The notes: generated by a model from the sequence alone, not told the origin. Shown: positions 50,762 to 62,240, counted from the first letter of the stretch. The stretch: DNA of 64,000 nt from Prevotella sp. (GCA_031285625.1 JAITVV010000070.1:41532-105531); one strand, 5' to 3'. A program made the numbers and translations.

Positions 50762-52081
50762 ATGATTGATAAACAATATAAAGATACAGCACAATGGGCT
50801 ATGGAACTGGCTTTAAAAAATGGATGCCATGCCGCCCGGGTATCAATTATAACAGCAAACAACAACTCGTTTGAGTATAGGAATACACAGCTTGACAGGC
50901 TGCATCAGAGTTCAGAAAACAAGCTATATATAGAGCTATTCATAGATGGACGATATGCATCGTTTTCAACAAACAGAATAGAAAAAGGGGAGCTGGAATC
51001 ATTTATCAAAGAGGGAATTATTTCTACAAAATATCTGGCTGAAGACACTTGCCGTCAACTACCTGATACTGGTAGATATTATATAAATAATGGCAATGAC
51101 CTCGATTTGTATGATGCTTCTTTCGATAAGATAACTACTGACTGTAAACTGGATATAGCCAAGCAGGCTGTAGAAGAAATTTATCAGTCGGATGGCCGTA
51201 TAATATCTGTTTCCTCATCTTATGATGATGGTGTAGGAGCAGAATATATGATAGCCAGCAATGGTTTTGAAGGAGAGAGTATTGATTCTGCTTTTAATCT
51301 GTCAGTTGAAGTATCTTTAAAAACAGAAGGTGACGCCAGGGCTGAATCTTTCTGGTACGATAATGCTGTATATTGGGATGACCTGAAAAAAACGGGCATA
51401 GGTAAAACAGCTCTCGAACGTGCTCTCCGGAAAATAGGACAACGAAAAATCCAATCCGGAAAATATGATATGCTTCTGGATAATACGACAGCCTCACGTC
51501 TGTTGTCACCTCTGATCAATGCTATGTTTGGCGCTGCATTACAACAGAAAAACTCATTCCTGATAGATAAGCTTGGAGAACAGATCACGTCTGATAAGTT
51601 AACACTTAAAGACACTCCCCATCTTCAGCGTTCATTCGGGTCAAGGTGGTTTGATGGAGAAGGAGTAGCTACAAAAGATATGCTGATCTTAGATAAAGGA
51701 GTTTTGCAAACCTATTTTATAGATACTTATAATTCTCTCAAAATGAACGTCTCCCCTACTATCGCTTCACCCTCTATAATTCAAACTAAATTAGGGGCTA
51801 AAGGTTTTGATGATATTCTCAGGACTGTACAAAAAGGAATTTGGGTAACGGGATTTAATGGTGGTAACAGTAATCCTACTACGGGTGATTTTTCATTCGG
51901 GGTCGAAGGATTTTTCGTTGAAAACGGTATTCCATCTACACCTGTCAGTGAAATGAATATTACAGGCAACATTCTTTCTCTTTGGAAGAATCTTGCTGAG
52001 GTAGGAAATGATCCTCGTCCTACTTCTTCATGGCGTATGCCTTCATTATTGTTTAATGATGTAAATTTTAGCGGTCTGTAA
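50762..52081 (+). CDS. pmbA: TldE/PmbA protein
   Basis: Motifs FDGEG, GDFSFG and EMNITGN; no HExxH motif. Confidence 0.88.
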   Translation: MIDKQYKDTAQWAMELALKNGCHAARVSIITANNNSFEYRNTQLDRLHQSSENKLYIELFIDGRYASFSTNRIEKGELESFIKEGIISTKYLAEDTCRQLPDTGRYYINNGNDLDLYDASFDKITTDCKLDIAKQAVEEIYQSDGRIISVSSSYDDGVGAEYMIASNGFEGESIDSAFNLSVEVSLKTEGDARAESFWYDNAVYWDDLKKTGIGKTALERALRKIGQRKIQSGKYDMLLDNTTASRLLSPLINAMFGAALQQKNSFLIDKLGEQITSDKLTLKDTPHLQRSFGSRWFDGEGVATKDMLILDKGVLQTYFIDTYNSLKMNVSPTIASPSIIQTKLGAKGFDDILRTVQKGIWVTGFNGGNSNPTTGDFSFGVEGFFVENGIPSTPVSEMNITGNILSLWKNLAEVGNDPRPTSSWRMPSLLFNDVNFSGL

Positions 52082-52082
52082 C

Positions 52083-53534
52083 ATGAAACTATTGCGGTTA
52101 ATACTTATTTTCATCATATTCCCCTCATTATTATTTGCTCAAATTCCGGCAACGGAAGTCAGGGCAGTATGGTTGACAACCAACTGGGGGCTCGACTGGC
52201 CTGCACAGGGCACCAGTGTACAATCCCAGAAAGAACAGTTATGCAGGATACTGGATCAGTTACAGGAGGCAAACTTCAATACAGTACTTTTTCAGACAAG
52301 AGCTCAGGGACGTGTATTTTATAAATCGAAAATAGAGCCGCTGAGCCCGTTTTTTAATCATGGCAACAATTTTGACCCTTTGGCTTTTGCCGTAGAAGAG
52401 TGTCACAAAAGAGGAATAGAGTGTCATGCATGGGTTATAGCCTTTCCCATGGAGAAAGCAACAGTAAAATATACAGGAAAGGGTAAGCGAAAAAAGAGTA
52501 CAGTAGTACAGGACAAGCCTTCATATTATAAAAGTGTAGGGAACACGTGGTATCTTGATCCCGGAAGGCCTGAAACAAGAAATCTTATTGTCTCCTTAGT
52601 TAAGGAGATTGTCTCCAATTATGATGTGGATGGCATTCATTTCGACTATATCCGATACCCTAGTAATACACGAAAATTTCCTGATGAAGATACATACCAG
52701 AAATATGGTAATGGACAAAATATCTATGACTGGCGACGCGACAATATAAATACATTGATATCAGAAACGTATGATGCTATAAAATCCATAAAGAAATGGG
52801 TGCAGGTAAGTAGTTCTCCTTTAGGACGATACAAAGTGCTGCCTGATGTCTCCCCAAATGATGGATGGACTGCCTATGAGACTGTCTTTCAGGATGCAGG
52901 CTATTGGATGAAAAACGATAAACATGATCTTGTTTTTCCCATGATGTATTATCGCGAACATAATTTTTATCCTTTTCTCGATGATTGGGTTTCAAATTCG
53001 AACGGACGGATTGTAGTACCCGGACTAGGAGTTTACCAGATGGATGAGCAAAGCTGGCCATTGCAGGACATTACAGACCAGATGAAGTACATCCGCGACA
53101 AGAATGTGAAAGGGGCAGCCTATTTCAGGACAGGTAATATATTGAGCAACCTTAAAGGAGTAATGGATTCTATACGGGCATATTATGCTACTCCGGCTAA
53201 ATTACCTCCATTAACATGGCTGAATAATGTAGCTCCAAATTCTCCTGTTAATCTGCAAGTATATAAGGATAACCACCATCTTAATATCAAATGGGATGCA
53301 CCTGATGAGGAGGAGGATTTTACCTATACCATATACGCCTCACCGATAGAATCTGTAGATACGGATAAGGGTGGCAATATTCTGGTAACAGGCTTACGTA
53401 CCAATAGCTATTCTTTTCCTGTGAGGGATGGAGAGTTCGGTTATTACTATACTGTTACTGCATCAGATAGGTATCACAACGAAAGTGTTATTGCTTTCCC
53501 AGCATTTTTCTCACATTCGTTGAATGAACAATAA
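52083..53534 (+). CDS. Glycosyl hydrolase-like 10 (DUF187/YddW-like) with C-terminal FN3-like domain
   Basis: Motifs EVRAVWLTT, DWP, FDPL, HAW and YDVDGIHFDY. Confidence 0.85.
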   Translation: MKLLRLILIFIIFPSLLFAQIPATEVRAVWLTTNWGLDWPAQGTSVQSQKEQLCRILDQLQEANFNTVLFQTRAQGRVFYKSKIEPLSPFFNHGNNFDPLAFAVEECHKRGIECHAWVIAFPMEKATVKYTGKGKRKKSTVVQDKPSYYKSVGNTWYLDPGRPETRNLIVSLVKEIVSNYDVDGIHFDYIRYPSNTRKFPDEDTYQKYGNGQNIYDWRRDNINTLISETYDAIKSIKKWVQVSSSPLGRYKVLPDVSPNDGWTAYETVFQDAGYWMKNDKHDLVFPMMYYREHNFYPFLDDWVSNSNGRIVVPGLGVYQMDEQSWPLQDITDQMKYIRDKNVKGAAYFRTGNILSNLKGVMDSIRAYYATPAKLPPLTWLNNVAPNSPVNLQVYKDNHHLNIKWDAPDEEEDFTYTIYASPIESVDTDKGGNILVTGLRTNSYSFPVRDGEFGYYYTVTASDRYHNESVIAFPAFFSHSLNEQ

Positions 53535-54017
53535 TTATTTCAACTCAGATTTTAACTGATCGATTGTCTTATGCAGAACCGGATGTACATAATCCCCAGC
53601 TATCTCAGCCAGAGGTAACAGTACGAAGGCTCTTTCGTGAAGATGCGGGTGAGGTAAAATAAGCTGAGGATATTCAACTATCTCATAGTCAAACAGGAGC
53701 AAGTCAATATCAATAATCCTGTCTGCATAGATTTTATCATGGGATTTTACGTTTCGTCCCATCTCTTTTTCTATAGTTTGCGTTGCCTGCAATAGCTCTA
53801 GTGGGAGTAGTTTTGTTTCTACTTTGCATGCGGCATTTAGAAACTGATTTTCAGAGTCGAATCCTACAGGGTCAGTTATATAAAAAGCGGAAGTGGCAAT
53901 CACTTTGCCAATCCGCTCCTCTATCTTATTTATTGCATGATCGAGATTCTCTCCTCTGTCTCCCAAGTTGGAACCGAGTCCTAAAAATACATCATGCATA
54001 TTCTCTTTGTTATGCAT
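53535..54017 (-). CDS. folK: 2-Amino-4-hydroxy-6-hydroxymethyldihydropteridine diphosphokinase
   Basis: Motifs LGLGSNLG, RIIDIDLL and LPHP...RAFVL. The true start may be at 53999. Confidence 0.94.
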   Translation of the reverse strand: MHNKENMHDVFLGLGSNLGDRGENLDHAINKIEERIGKVIATSAFYITDPVGFDSENQFLNAACKVETKLLPLELLQATQTIEKEMGRNVKSHDKIYADRIIDIDLLLFDYEIVEYPQLILPHPHLHERAFVLLPLAEIAGDYVHPVLHKTIDQLKSELK

Positions 54018-55066
54018 TAAACTATAAGCATTGCATCACCATATGTACCGAACTTGTATTTCTCCTTTACAGCCAGTTCGTATATATCCATGATGCGGTC
54101 ATAACCACCAAAGGCAGCTGTCATCATTAATAGTGTCGATTGAGGCAAATGGAAGTTGGTTACCATGGAATCAGCTATACCAAAATCATATGGAGGGAAT
54201 ATAAACTTATTTGTCCATCCTTCATTTGTTTTCAGATGCCCGTCTGTACTTACGATTGTCTCTATAGCTCGCATTACAGATGTGCCCACTGCACATACAC
54301 GATGATTGTTATCCTTCGCATTGTTAACAATGTCGGCCGCATCCTGAGTGATCTGTAATTGCTCAGAATCCATCTTATGTTTAGTTAGATCTTCAACATC
54401 GATATCACGGTAGTTACCCAATCCTGAATGTAAAGTTATATAAGCGAAGTCCACACCCTTTATCTCCAGACGTTTCAGTAATTCACGACTGAAATGAAGG
54501 CCGGCAGCAGGAGCTACAACAGCACCCTCATTTTTGGCGAAGATTGTCTGATAGCGATCTTTATCTTCCGGTTCTTCTCCTCTGTTCAGGTATTTTGGAA
54601 TCGGAGTTTCGCCCAATGCATAAAGAGCTTTTCTAAACTCTTCGGATGGCCCGTCATATAAGAAACGTAGAGTGCGTCCGCGGGATGTTGTGTTGTCTAT
54701 AACTTCGGCAACCATAGAATCGTCATCGCCAAAATATAGCTTGTTTCCGATACGTATCTTGCGGGCTGGATCTACTAATACATCCCATAAGTGGAATTCT
54801 TCATTCAGTTCACGAAGAAGAAACACCTCTATAGTGGCTCCGGTTTTTTCTTTGTTACCATACAGACGCGCAGGAAAAACCTTTGTGTCATTAAAAACAA
54901 ATACATCTTTATCATTAAAATATCCTATAATATCTTTAAAGACTTTATGTTCTATTTCACCAGTCTTTCGGTCAAGAACCAATAAACGTGATTCATCCCT
55001 GTTTTTTGCCGGATGAGTGGCAATCAATTCCTCTGGAAGGTCAAATCTGAATTGAGATAGTTTCAT
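54017..55066 (-). CDS. queA: SAM:tRNA ribosyltransferase-isomerase
   Basis: Motifs FNDTKV, YQT, AGLHF, TNFHLP and YGDAML. Confidence 0.95.
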   Translation of the reverse strand: MKLSQFRFDLPEELIATHPAKNRDESRLLVLDRKTGEIEHKVFKDIIGYFNDKDVFVFNDTKVFPARLYGNKEKTGATIEVFLLRELNEEFHLWDVLVDPARKIRIGNKLYFGDDDSMVAEVIDNTTSRGRTLRFLYDGPSEEFRKALYALGETPIPKYLNRGEEPEDKDRYQTIFAKNEGAVVAPAAGLHFSRELLKRLEIKGVDFAYITLHSGLGNYRDIDVEDLTKHKMDSEQLQITQDAADIVNNAKDNNHRVCAVGTSVMRAIETIVSTDGHLKTNEGWTNKFIFPPYDFGIADSMVTNFHLPQSTLLMMTAAFGGYDRIMDIYELAVKEKYKFGTYGDAMLIV

Positions 55067-55088
55067 ATCTGTATCTAATATTTATTAT

Positions 55089-55781
55089 TTACTCTATAAT
55101 TAACGCATTCACAAATTCTTCAATCTGTTCACCATTGATACATTGGTCAAGGGTGACTTCTCCTATTCGTGTGCGTTCCAGCGCTGTCAGATGGGCTCCT
55201 GAATCAAGAGCTGTTCCTATATCGCGAGCCAATGCTCTAATGTAAGTTCCCTTACTGCATACAACCCTTACTTTTATTTCAGGAAAAGAATAGTCTAACA
55301 GTTCTATTTCATCTATAACCAGTAATTTGGGCTTTAGTTCTATTTCCTGCCCTTCTCTTGCAAACTCGTAAGCTCTCTTACCATCTACTTTGCAGGCAGA
55401 ATATGTTGGCGGTACCTGCTGTATTTCCCCTATAAACTCTTTTAGTTTTTGTTCTACCAGATCTTTGGTGATATGCTCAGTCGGGTAAGTTGCATCTATA
55501 TCAGTTTCCAAGTCAAAAGATGGAGTGGTGGCACCCAGTTTTACTGTTGCAATATATTCTTTAGTCTGATACTGGAAGGTTTCTATCAGTTTGGTTTTCT
55601 TTCCGGTACAGATAATCATAACTCCTGTAGCCAATGGATCGAGAGTACCAGCATGACCGACTTTCAGTTTACTAACACCCAACTTGCGACAAAGTTTATT
55701 CCTCAATTTACGAACCAGGGTAAACGATGTCCAGTTCAACGGCTTATTTATGTATAAGACCTCTCCGGAGATAAAATCCAT
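55089..55781 (-). CDS. truB: tRNA pseudouridine(55) synthase
   Basis: Motifs KVGHAGTLDPLATG and CSKGTYIR. Confidence 0.96.
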   Translation of the reverse strand: MDFISGEVLYINKPLNWTSFTLVRKLRNKLCRKLGVSKLKVGHAGTLDPLATGVMIICTGKKTKLIETFQYQTKEYIATVKLGATTPSFDLETDIDATYPTEHITKDLVEQKLKEFIGEIQQVPPTYSACKVDGKRAYEFAREGQEIELKPKLLVIDEIELLDYSFPEIKVRVVCSKGTYIRALARDIGTALDSGAHLTALERTRIGEVTLDQCINGEQIEEFVNALIIE

Positions 55782-56635
55782 TATATAATTGTTAATTCGT
55801 GTCCTGTAAGCAATAGTGCTAACAAGATACCTCCTAAAATAATACGATACCAGCCAAATAGTTTAAAGCCATATTTGGTTACAAATCCTATAAAGAATTT
55901 GATAGCTAATAATGCTACAATAAATGCCACAACGTTACCAAGAAGCAATACTCCTATATTCTCTTGTAAAAGGGGTAAACCTGTATCGGATAATATCAAT
56001 TTTAGCAGTTTATATCCGGTTGCCGCTGCCATAGTGGGAACAGCCAGAAAGAATGAGAACTCTGCTGCATTTTTACGGCTCAATCCACGGCTCATACCCC
56101 CAACGATAGTTGCCATAGAACGGGATACTCCCGGTATCATTGCTATACATTGATAAAAGCCTATAATAATAGCGTTCTTGTATGTGATCTCCTGTTCACC
56201 CTCCTCAGGTCTGTTGAACCATCTGTCAACAAATAACATCAGGATACCTCCTAATACTAACATAATAGCTACAACAGTTACATTCTCAAGAAGCTCATCT
56301 ATTTTATCACTAAATATAAGACCTAAGAATGCTGCGGGAAGAAATCCGGCTATAAGTTTCCAATAAAATTCATATTTGTATGCAATGAAATTCACAAAGC
56401 TGCTATGCTCCGATCTGGGTTTGTCAGTTCTAAACCGGAAGAAACGCTTCCAATACAGAACAATTACCGATAGGATTGCTCCAAACTGTATGATAACAGT
56501 AAATGCTTTAACAAACTCATTGCTCTCAATCCCTAAAAGGTTTTGAGCAATAATCATATGTCCGGTTGAGGACACCGGTAGAAATTCAGTTAGTCCCTCT
56601 ACTATGGCAATGATGATTGCCTCAATAATACTCAT
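55781..56635 (-). CDS. uppP: Undecaprenyl-diphosphate phosphatase
   Basis: Motifs [14 protein letters not shown] and PGVSRS. Confidence 0.96.
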   Translation of the reverse strand: MSIIEAIIIAIVEGLTEFLPVSSTGHMIIAQNLLGIESNEFVKAFTVIIQFGAILSVIVLYWKRFFRFRTDKPRSEHSSFVNFIAYKYEFYWKLIAGFLPAAFLGLIFSDKIDELLENVTVVAIMLVLGGILMLFVDRWFNRPEEGEQEITYKNAIIIGFYQCIAMIPGVSRSMATIVGGMSRGLSRKNAAEFSFFLAVPTMAAATGYKLLKLILSDTGLPLLQENIGVLLLGNVVAFIVALLAIKFFIGFVTKYGFKLFGWYRIILGGILLALLLTGHELTII

Positions 56636-56656
56636 TATAATTTATCTGTTTTGTGA

Positions 56657-56914
56657 TTAGTCGCGTTCTTTCTTCTCATCAGGCAGTTCTTTGCTGCGGG
56701 GATACAGTACTCCTACTATCATCAGAAGAAATCCTGCCAGACAAACCATAGGAGCTACAACAATCCTTTTTGTGCTGAATATATCCGGTTCAAATCCACT
56801 TTCTATACTTGACGATGGTCCGGTCATAAGGATGAACCCCAAGATGATAACAACTATTGATACTGCACAGATAATGTAGTTTAGCTTGCCAAATGCAAAA
56901 TCTTTTTTGTCCAT
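56657..56914 (-). CDS. DUF3098 small membrane protein
   Basis: FAFGKLNY and DIFS..RI.VAP, two TM segments, in its usual position between ftsX and uppP. Confidence 0.8.
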   Translation of the reverse strand: MDKKDFAFGKLNYIICAVSIVVIILGFILMTGPSSSIESGFEPDIFSTKRIVVAPMVCLAGFLLMIVGVLYPRSKELPDEKKERD

Positions 56915-56920
56915 ATCTTA

Positions 56921-57829
56921 TTATATGTGATAAAGTTTATTTGTAGTCATTCTTAAATATCTGTTGACAGCAAATGCCGTAGCAAATGCTGCAATAAGTA
57001 TTCCAAAGACAACAACAAGTCCATATACGATCAACAATTCGTACATTTTTACTATCGATATTGTTTCAGGAATCACATTAGTTACGTAGTATACCACTCC
57101 TGTTATAGCCAGATTGGCTAGAATGGCAGCGATGATACCACTTAATATCATTCTCCACATAAACGGCCATCGTATAAATGAATTGGTAGCACCTACCAGT
57201 TGCATTGTGTTGATGAGAAAACGTTTGGAGTATATATTCAATTGGATAATACTTCTTATCAGGGTAAACGATATAAGTATAAGGATGACTACAAGTATAA
57301 TAAGGATAGTACCTATCAGCGAGAGTTTAGAATTTGCATTCATGATATCACTCTCATTATATACTATATTATTTACAATAGTTCCACCCTTTATGCTTCC
57401 ACTTTTCAGGCTGGCTTCTACTTTTTTTATGCTATCTGTATTTACATATTCGGATTTTATGAAGACATCAAAATATGCATGAGCCGGATTGTAACCTAAG
57501 ACCTCTTCCGGATCGCGTCCCAGATCTTCCACCAGCTGTTTTTTAGCTTCATCTTTACTTATGTATACAACCGATTTTACATAGGGGTTAGCATTCAGCT
57601 CTTTTTGGATCTTATTAATAGACGCCTCTTCTATATTCTCTGATAACTCAATCGAAATACCCATACTCTCTTTCAGATAGGAGCTGATACCATTTGCTGT
57701 GAATCCGACTAAAAAGGTCAGTCCCAGTAGAAAAAGGACAAGAGTTATACTAATGGTAGTAATGACCCCTGCAGTGAAAAAAGATATCGTTTTATACTGA
57801 TGTTTGTCAGACATATTGTACAGAGACAA
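56921..57829 (-). CDS. ftsX: Cell division permease FtsX
   Basis: Motifs YISKDEA, LGYNP and TMQLVGATNSFIRWP. Confidence 0.88.
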   Translation of the reverse strand: MSLYNMSDKHQYKTISFFTAGVITTISITLVLFLLGLTFLVGFTANGISSYLKESMGISIELSENIEEASINKIQKELNANPYVKSVVYISKDEAKKQLVEDLGRDPEEVLGYNPAHAYFDVFIKSEYVNTDSIKKVEASLKSGSIKGGTIVNNIVYNESDIMNANSKLSLIGTILIILVVILILISFTLIRSIIQLNIYSKRFLINTMQLVGATNSFIRWPFMWRMILSGIIAAILANLAITGVVYYVTNVIPETISIVKMYELLIVYGLVVVFGILIAAFATAFAVNRYLRMTTNKLYHI

Positions 57830-57980
57830 TTAAGAAGTATTTAGTATATGGGTATACAACACCCAAATTCGCTGCAAAGAAACAAAATAAATACATCTTA
57901 CAGTACTATTTTTGTTTTTTTTAATAAATAAGTCTTTGTAGTCAATAGTTTTAGGTACATTATCGATAAAAATAATGTCG

Positions 57981-57988
57981 TATATTTG
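57981..57988 (+). promoter_or_regulatory. -7 promoter element of galM
   Basis: TATATTTG. Confidence 0.6.
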
Positions 57989-58032
57989 CAATTAACATAT
58001 TTGAAAAAGGAATCATAAAATCTAAAAAGATC

Positions 58033-59103
58033 ATGCAAATAACAAAATCGGGATTACACCCAGCAGGTTTTTCGGGCAAGGTTGATGGTAAAGATGTACA
58101 GATGTACGTTCTTACCAATAGTAACGGATCAGAAGCTACAGTCATTAACTATGGTGCAAAAATAGTTTCATTATCTATTCCAGATAAAAATGGGAAGTTG
58201 GTCGATGTAGTTCTTGGACATAACAATCTGAATGAATATCTTAATTCGGAAGAGCCATATTTTGGAGCAGTGTGTGGCCGTACCGGAAACCGCATAGCTA
58301 AAGGACAATTTGCACTGGAAGGTGTTACATATAAATTAGCTATAAATAATGGACCTAATAACTTACATGGAGGCTTGAAAGGGTTTAATGCCGTAGTTTG
58401 GGATGCAAAGCAGATAGACAACCAAACTTTAGAGTTAACTTATCTTGCAAAAGATGGAGAAGAAGGTTTTCCTGGAAATCTGAATGTAAAGATGATTTAC
58501 AAGCTAACTGATGAGAATGAATTCTCAATAGAATACCAAGCGACCACGGATAAAACAACAATATTAAACCTAACAAACCACTCATATTTCAATTTATCGG
58601 GTGAGGGCGATGCGAGTGTAAACGATCATATACTTGTAATGCATGCATCTACTTATTTACCAACAGATGACACAGCTATTCCTTATGGAGATCCTGAACC
58701 TGTGAAAGATACTCCATTTGACTTTACTACTCCTCATACCATTGGAGAAAGAATAGAAGATGACTTTGAGCAGTTACATTTTGGTAAAGGATATGACCAT
58801 ACAATGGTGCTTGACAAAAAAGAAGGAGAACTGGCTTTGGCTGTAGAATGTTATTCCCCAAAGACAGGTATCCAAATGAATATATCGACTACCGAGCCTG
58901 GAGTACAAATATACACAGGAAACTGGATGTCTGGTAATTTTGAAGGTAAGCACGGGCACCGTTACCCTATGCGTGCTGCAGTTTGCTTCGAAACACAACA
59001 TTTTCCTGATAGTATAAATAAGCCAGCTTATCCAAGTGTAATATTAAAACCCGGTGAAACTTTTAGTAGTAAAACCGTTCATCATTTTTCAGTGAAAAAA
59101 TAA
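58033..59103 (+). CDS. galM: Aldose 1-epimerase (mutarotase)
   Basis: Motifs GRTGNRI, LHGG, NLTNHSYFNL and CFETQ. Confidence 0.94.
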   Translation: MQITKSGLHPAGFSGKVDGKDVQMYVLTNSNGSEATVINYGAKIVSLSIPDKNGKLVDVVLGHNNLNEYLNSEEPYFGAVCGRTGNRIAKGQFALEGVTYKLAINNGPNNLHGGLKGFNAVVWDAKQIDNQTLELTYLAKDGEEGFPGNLNVKMIYKLTDENEFSIEYQATTDKTTILNLTNHSYFNLSGEGDASVNDHILVMHASTYLPTDDTAIPYGDPEPVKDTPFDFTTPHTIGERIEDDFEQLHFGKGYDHTMVLDKKEGELALAVECYSPKTGIQMNISTTEPGVQIYTGNWMSGNFEGKHGHRYPMRAAVCFETQHFPDSINKPAYPSVILKPGETFSSKTVHHFSVKK

Positions 59104-59106
59104 TAT

Positions 59107-59141
59107 AATAATCCCCTGCAGTTATCCTACAGGGGATTATT
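59107..59141. terminator. Bidirectional terminator between galM and coaA
   Basis: Inverted repeat aataatcccctg / caggggattatt. Confidence 0.8.
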
Positions 59142-59156
59142 TCTATATTCAAATAT

Positions 59157-60098
59157 CTATTTTCTCAATGTGACGTAATCTACTGCATGTCCTTCCCCTT
59201 TGTGCAAAACCAGACTTGCTCGTCCTCTTGTAGGGAGTATATTTTTACGCAGATTTTTACGGTTAATCTCGCGCCAGATTGTTTTCGATGTCTTCAAGGC
59301 GTCCTCTTCAGATAGTTCTGCATAGTGCCGGAAATATGATCTTGGATTAGTAAACGCTCCTTCCCTTAATTTCATAAAGCGGGAAACATACCAATCTTCG
59401 AGTTGCTGCTCATCAGCATCTACATATATAGAGAAATCCACATAATCCGAAACGAAAACTCTTGGTTTCTCATTTGGATAATCCATTCCGCTTTGTAAAA
59501 CATTCAGTCCTTCCAGGATCAGAATATCCGGTTGATTTATTTCTTCATACACATCCGGAATAACATCATAAATCAGATGGGAATATCTGGGCACTTTTAG
59601 TTCTTTTTTGCCTGATTTGATGTCTGTGACAAATTTCAGCAAACATTTTATATCATACGACTGAGGGAATCCTTTTTTTAACATCATACCTTTTTCCTCC
59701 AATACTGCATTTGGATACAAGAATCCGTCTGTTGTAACCAGGGATACACGTGTATTTTCCTTCCATCGGCTCAGCAGTGCCTGTAATACACGGGCAGTGG
59801 TACTTTTTCCTACAGATACACTACCTGCAATACCTATAATGAAAGGGATTTTCTGCGCCTCCTGTTTCAAGAATTTCATTAAAACGGATTGCCTGCTAGT
59901 TCGTGCATTTACATAGTAGCTCAGCAGGCGAGAGAGCGGTAGATATATATCTTCAACTTCATCAATTGATAACTTATCATCAATACCTTGCAGAGTAAGT
60001 AATTCTTCGTAGGTGAGGGTCATAGGTTCAGAATCACGTAGTGCCGCCCATTGCTCACGAGAGAACTGCATATAAGGACTGGTCGGGATTGCTTTCAT
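59157..60098 (-). CDS. coaA: Type I pantothenate kinase
   Basis: Motifs [42 protein letters not shown] and ILEGLNVLQ. Confidence 0.94.
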   Translation of the reverse strand: MKAIPTSPYMQFSREQWAALRDSEPMTLTYEELLTLQGIDDKLSIDEVEDIYLPLSRLLSYYVNARTSRQSVLMKFLKQEAQKIPFIIGIAGSVSVGKSTTARVLQALLSRWKENTRVSLVTTDGFLYPNAVLEEKGMMLKKGFPQSYDIKCLLKFVTDIKSGKKELKVPRYSHLIYDVIPDVYEEINQPDILILEGLNVLQSGMDYPNEKPRVFVSDYVDFSIYVDADEQQLEDWYVSRFMKLREGAFTNPRSYFRHYAELSEEDALKTSKTIWREINRKNLRKNILPTRGRASLVLHKGEGHAVDYVTLRK

Positions 60099-60117
60099 TT
60101 ATTTGCATTTAATGGAG

Positions 60118-60125
60118 CAAAGGTA
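60118..60125 (-). promoter_or_regulatory. -7 promoter element of coaA
   Basis: TACCTTTG on the minus strand. Confidence 0.55.
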
Positions 60126-60498
60126 TAGAAAAGTAATAAGTTATTAATATAAATTATCATACTATTATATACCAGTAAGTCCCAAGATTCACACCTCAGA
60201 ACTTACTAAAATCTAATCTTAAAAACAATTATCATAATAGTGTTATATGATATTATTATCAATACGAATACTATGCCATTATTATTATCTATTTTATATT
60301 TAATACATTAAGGGGTTATTACTCTTGTTAAGTGTAAAAAAATATTACACTTATTATAATTCTCTTTACAGTTGTATTCTGTAATTTCCATTTTGAATTC
60401 CAATTGGTTATTATAGAATCTTTTCTTGAAGATTTAGACTATTTCGAGTCCATAGATTTAAATGATGATTATCTTTATGCCTTTACGTTAAATATATT

Positions 60499-61356
60499 AT
60501 GAAGAAAAGTAAAGAATTGACTATTGTAAAAGAGTTGACGAATATAGGCGATGAAAGCAACATTGTTTTGAACGAAGTTGGTTGGACAAGCCGTGTCTAT
60601 ATTGTAAACAATGGTAAGACTGTTTTTAAATTTTTAAAGAATAAACAATATCAAGAAGAATTTAAACATGAAATAAATATTTTGATGTTAATTAAAGAAC
60701 ACAAGTTCAATGTGAAGATTCCCTTGATTAGTAAGTTAGGAGTAGATAATGCTTATATAGCATTTGATGGATTGATAGGCAAATCAATGACAAAAGAACT
60801 TGTAGATAAATTAACTGAAGAGCAAAGGAGAAACATAGGTACACAAATAGGGCTATTCTTAAAAACGCTCCATAAAATCAACTATAAAGGCAAAAGTCCA
60901 AACAGCGAAGGCGATATAATTGAATGGCTTCAAAATTCATTTAATAAAAGAAAACATACACTAAAAAGATATTTTAGTGATAATGAACTTGTTACTATTG
61001 AAAGTTTGGTGGCAGCTTTCCCGCAAAAGTCGCAAGAATTTGGTATAGAACAAGTCTTTTGCCATGGCGACTTAGGATACAATAATATTTTACTAAACGA
61101 TAATTTTGATGTAGGTGTGATAGACTTTGGTGATGCAGGTTACAATGATATATCATATGATTTCGTTGGATTAGAGGATGATGATATGTTGGATGCAGCA
61201 ATTTTAGCATATGATGGAGATGAGATTTTGAGAAAGAAAATAGAAATACGCCGAAAGTTGTTACCACTTATGGAAATGTTGTTTTTGATTGATAAAAAGG
61301 ATAAAGAGGGGGTTCGACAATGTGTAGAAAGAATGCGTGTACGTTTGAAAATGTAA
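60499..61356 (+). CDS. Aminoglycoside phosphotransferase-family kinase
   Basis: Brenner motif HGDLGYNNIL and VIDFGD; also GWTSRVY and VFKF. Confidence 0.85.
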   Translation: MKKSKELTIVKELTNIGDESNIVLNEVGWTSRVYIVNNGKTVFKFLKNKQYQEEFKHEINILMLIKEHKFNVKIPLISKLGVDNAYIAFDGLIGKSMTKELVDKLTEEQRRNIGTQIGLFLKTLHKINYKGKSPNSEGDIIEWLQNSFNKRKHTLKRYFSDNELVTIESLVAAFPQKSQEFGIEQVFCHGDLGYNNILLNDNFDVGVIDFGDAGYNDISYDFVGLEDDDMLDAAILAYDGDEILRKKIEIRRKLLPLMEMLFLIDKKDKEGVRQCVERMRVRLKM

Positions 61357-61398
61357 GGATCTACATAGAATAACTATCTTTGAGTAGAAATATTTATT

Positions 61399-61626
61399 AT
61401 GATAACCTATAAAAATGAAATCCCTTCTATTGAATCTTTCTTTATACTCTACAAATCAACAGGGTGGGATAAAAAAGGGAGGAAACAGAAAAATCAATTG
61501 TATGATTGTTTGAAAAATAGTTGGTATATGGTTGTAGCTTATTACAATAATGAATTAGTTGGGTGTGGAAGAATAATTTCAGATGGATATTTACATGCAT
61601 TTATAACAGAATTAATTTTATCCTAA
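61399..61626 (+). pseudogene. Truncated GNAT acetyltransferase
   Basis: LVGCGRIISDG...FITELI is the GNAT beta3-beta4 region. The stop comes before the acetyl-CoA-binding motif A. Confidence 0.65.
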
Positions 61627-61656
61627 AGATAAAAGTATCAAAACTGTATAATCAAA

Positions 61657-61697
61657 AGACAACAGATTAGTACTAACTAGGTACTAATTTGTTGTCT
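61657..61697. terminator. Hairpin between convergent genes
   Basis: Inverted repeat agacaacagattagtac / gtactaatttgttgtct. Confidence 0.65.
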
Positions 61698-61721
61698 AAA
61701 TGAGACTAACTACGATTAATC

Positions 61722-62240
61722 TTATTCCTTTGCAGCCTTTTCATTTACAGAATCTTCTGCAATCTTTGTCAAAGAGACATCGGTGTCCTTCTCATTCTGA
61801 AGTATCTCTTCAAGTAATCTTTCCACTTCTTTATGCTTCATGTGGCGTGCGAATATTCTCAATGTACCGTAAGTTGCTATTTCATAATGTTCTGCTTTTT
61901 GTGCAGCCAATATCAAACCGGCATCACGGGTAAAGGTATCTTTATCAGTATCATCAATAATACTGTCTGCTTCCTTCAGTAAACCCTCCATAGCATCACA
62001 CTTCTTAGCCTCTGCCTTTTCTCCGAGTATTTCAAATACTTTTTCTACTTTCTTTATTTGTTCCTGAGTCTCTCTTGCATGCTTCTCGAAAGCCATTGCC
62101 AGCTCTTTACTGGTAGATGCTTTTTGCAGTTTTGGCAAAGCTTTTGCTAAATGTTGCTCAGCCCAATAAATATCCTTTAACTCATCTACAAAGAACTCAT
62201 GGAATTCTGAATCTTCCATTCCTTTATTTTTATTATCCAT
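61722..62240 (-). CDS. yciF: YciE/YciF (DUF892) ferritin-like stress protein
   Basis: Motifs ELKDIYWAE, CDAMEGL and AAQKAEHYEIATYG. Confidence 0.9.
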   Translation of the reverse strand: MDNKNKGMEDSEFHEFFVDELKDIYWAEQHLAKALPKLQKASTSKELAMAFEKHARETQEQIKKVEKVFEILGEKAEAKKCDAMEGLLKEADSIIDDTDKDTFTRDAGLILAAQKAEHYEIATYGTLRIFARHMKHKEVERLLEEILQNEKDTDVSLTKIAEDSVNEKAAKE

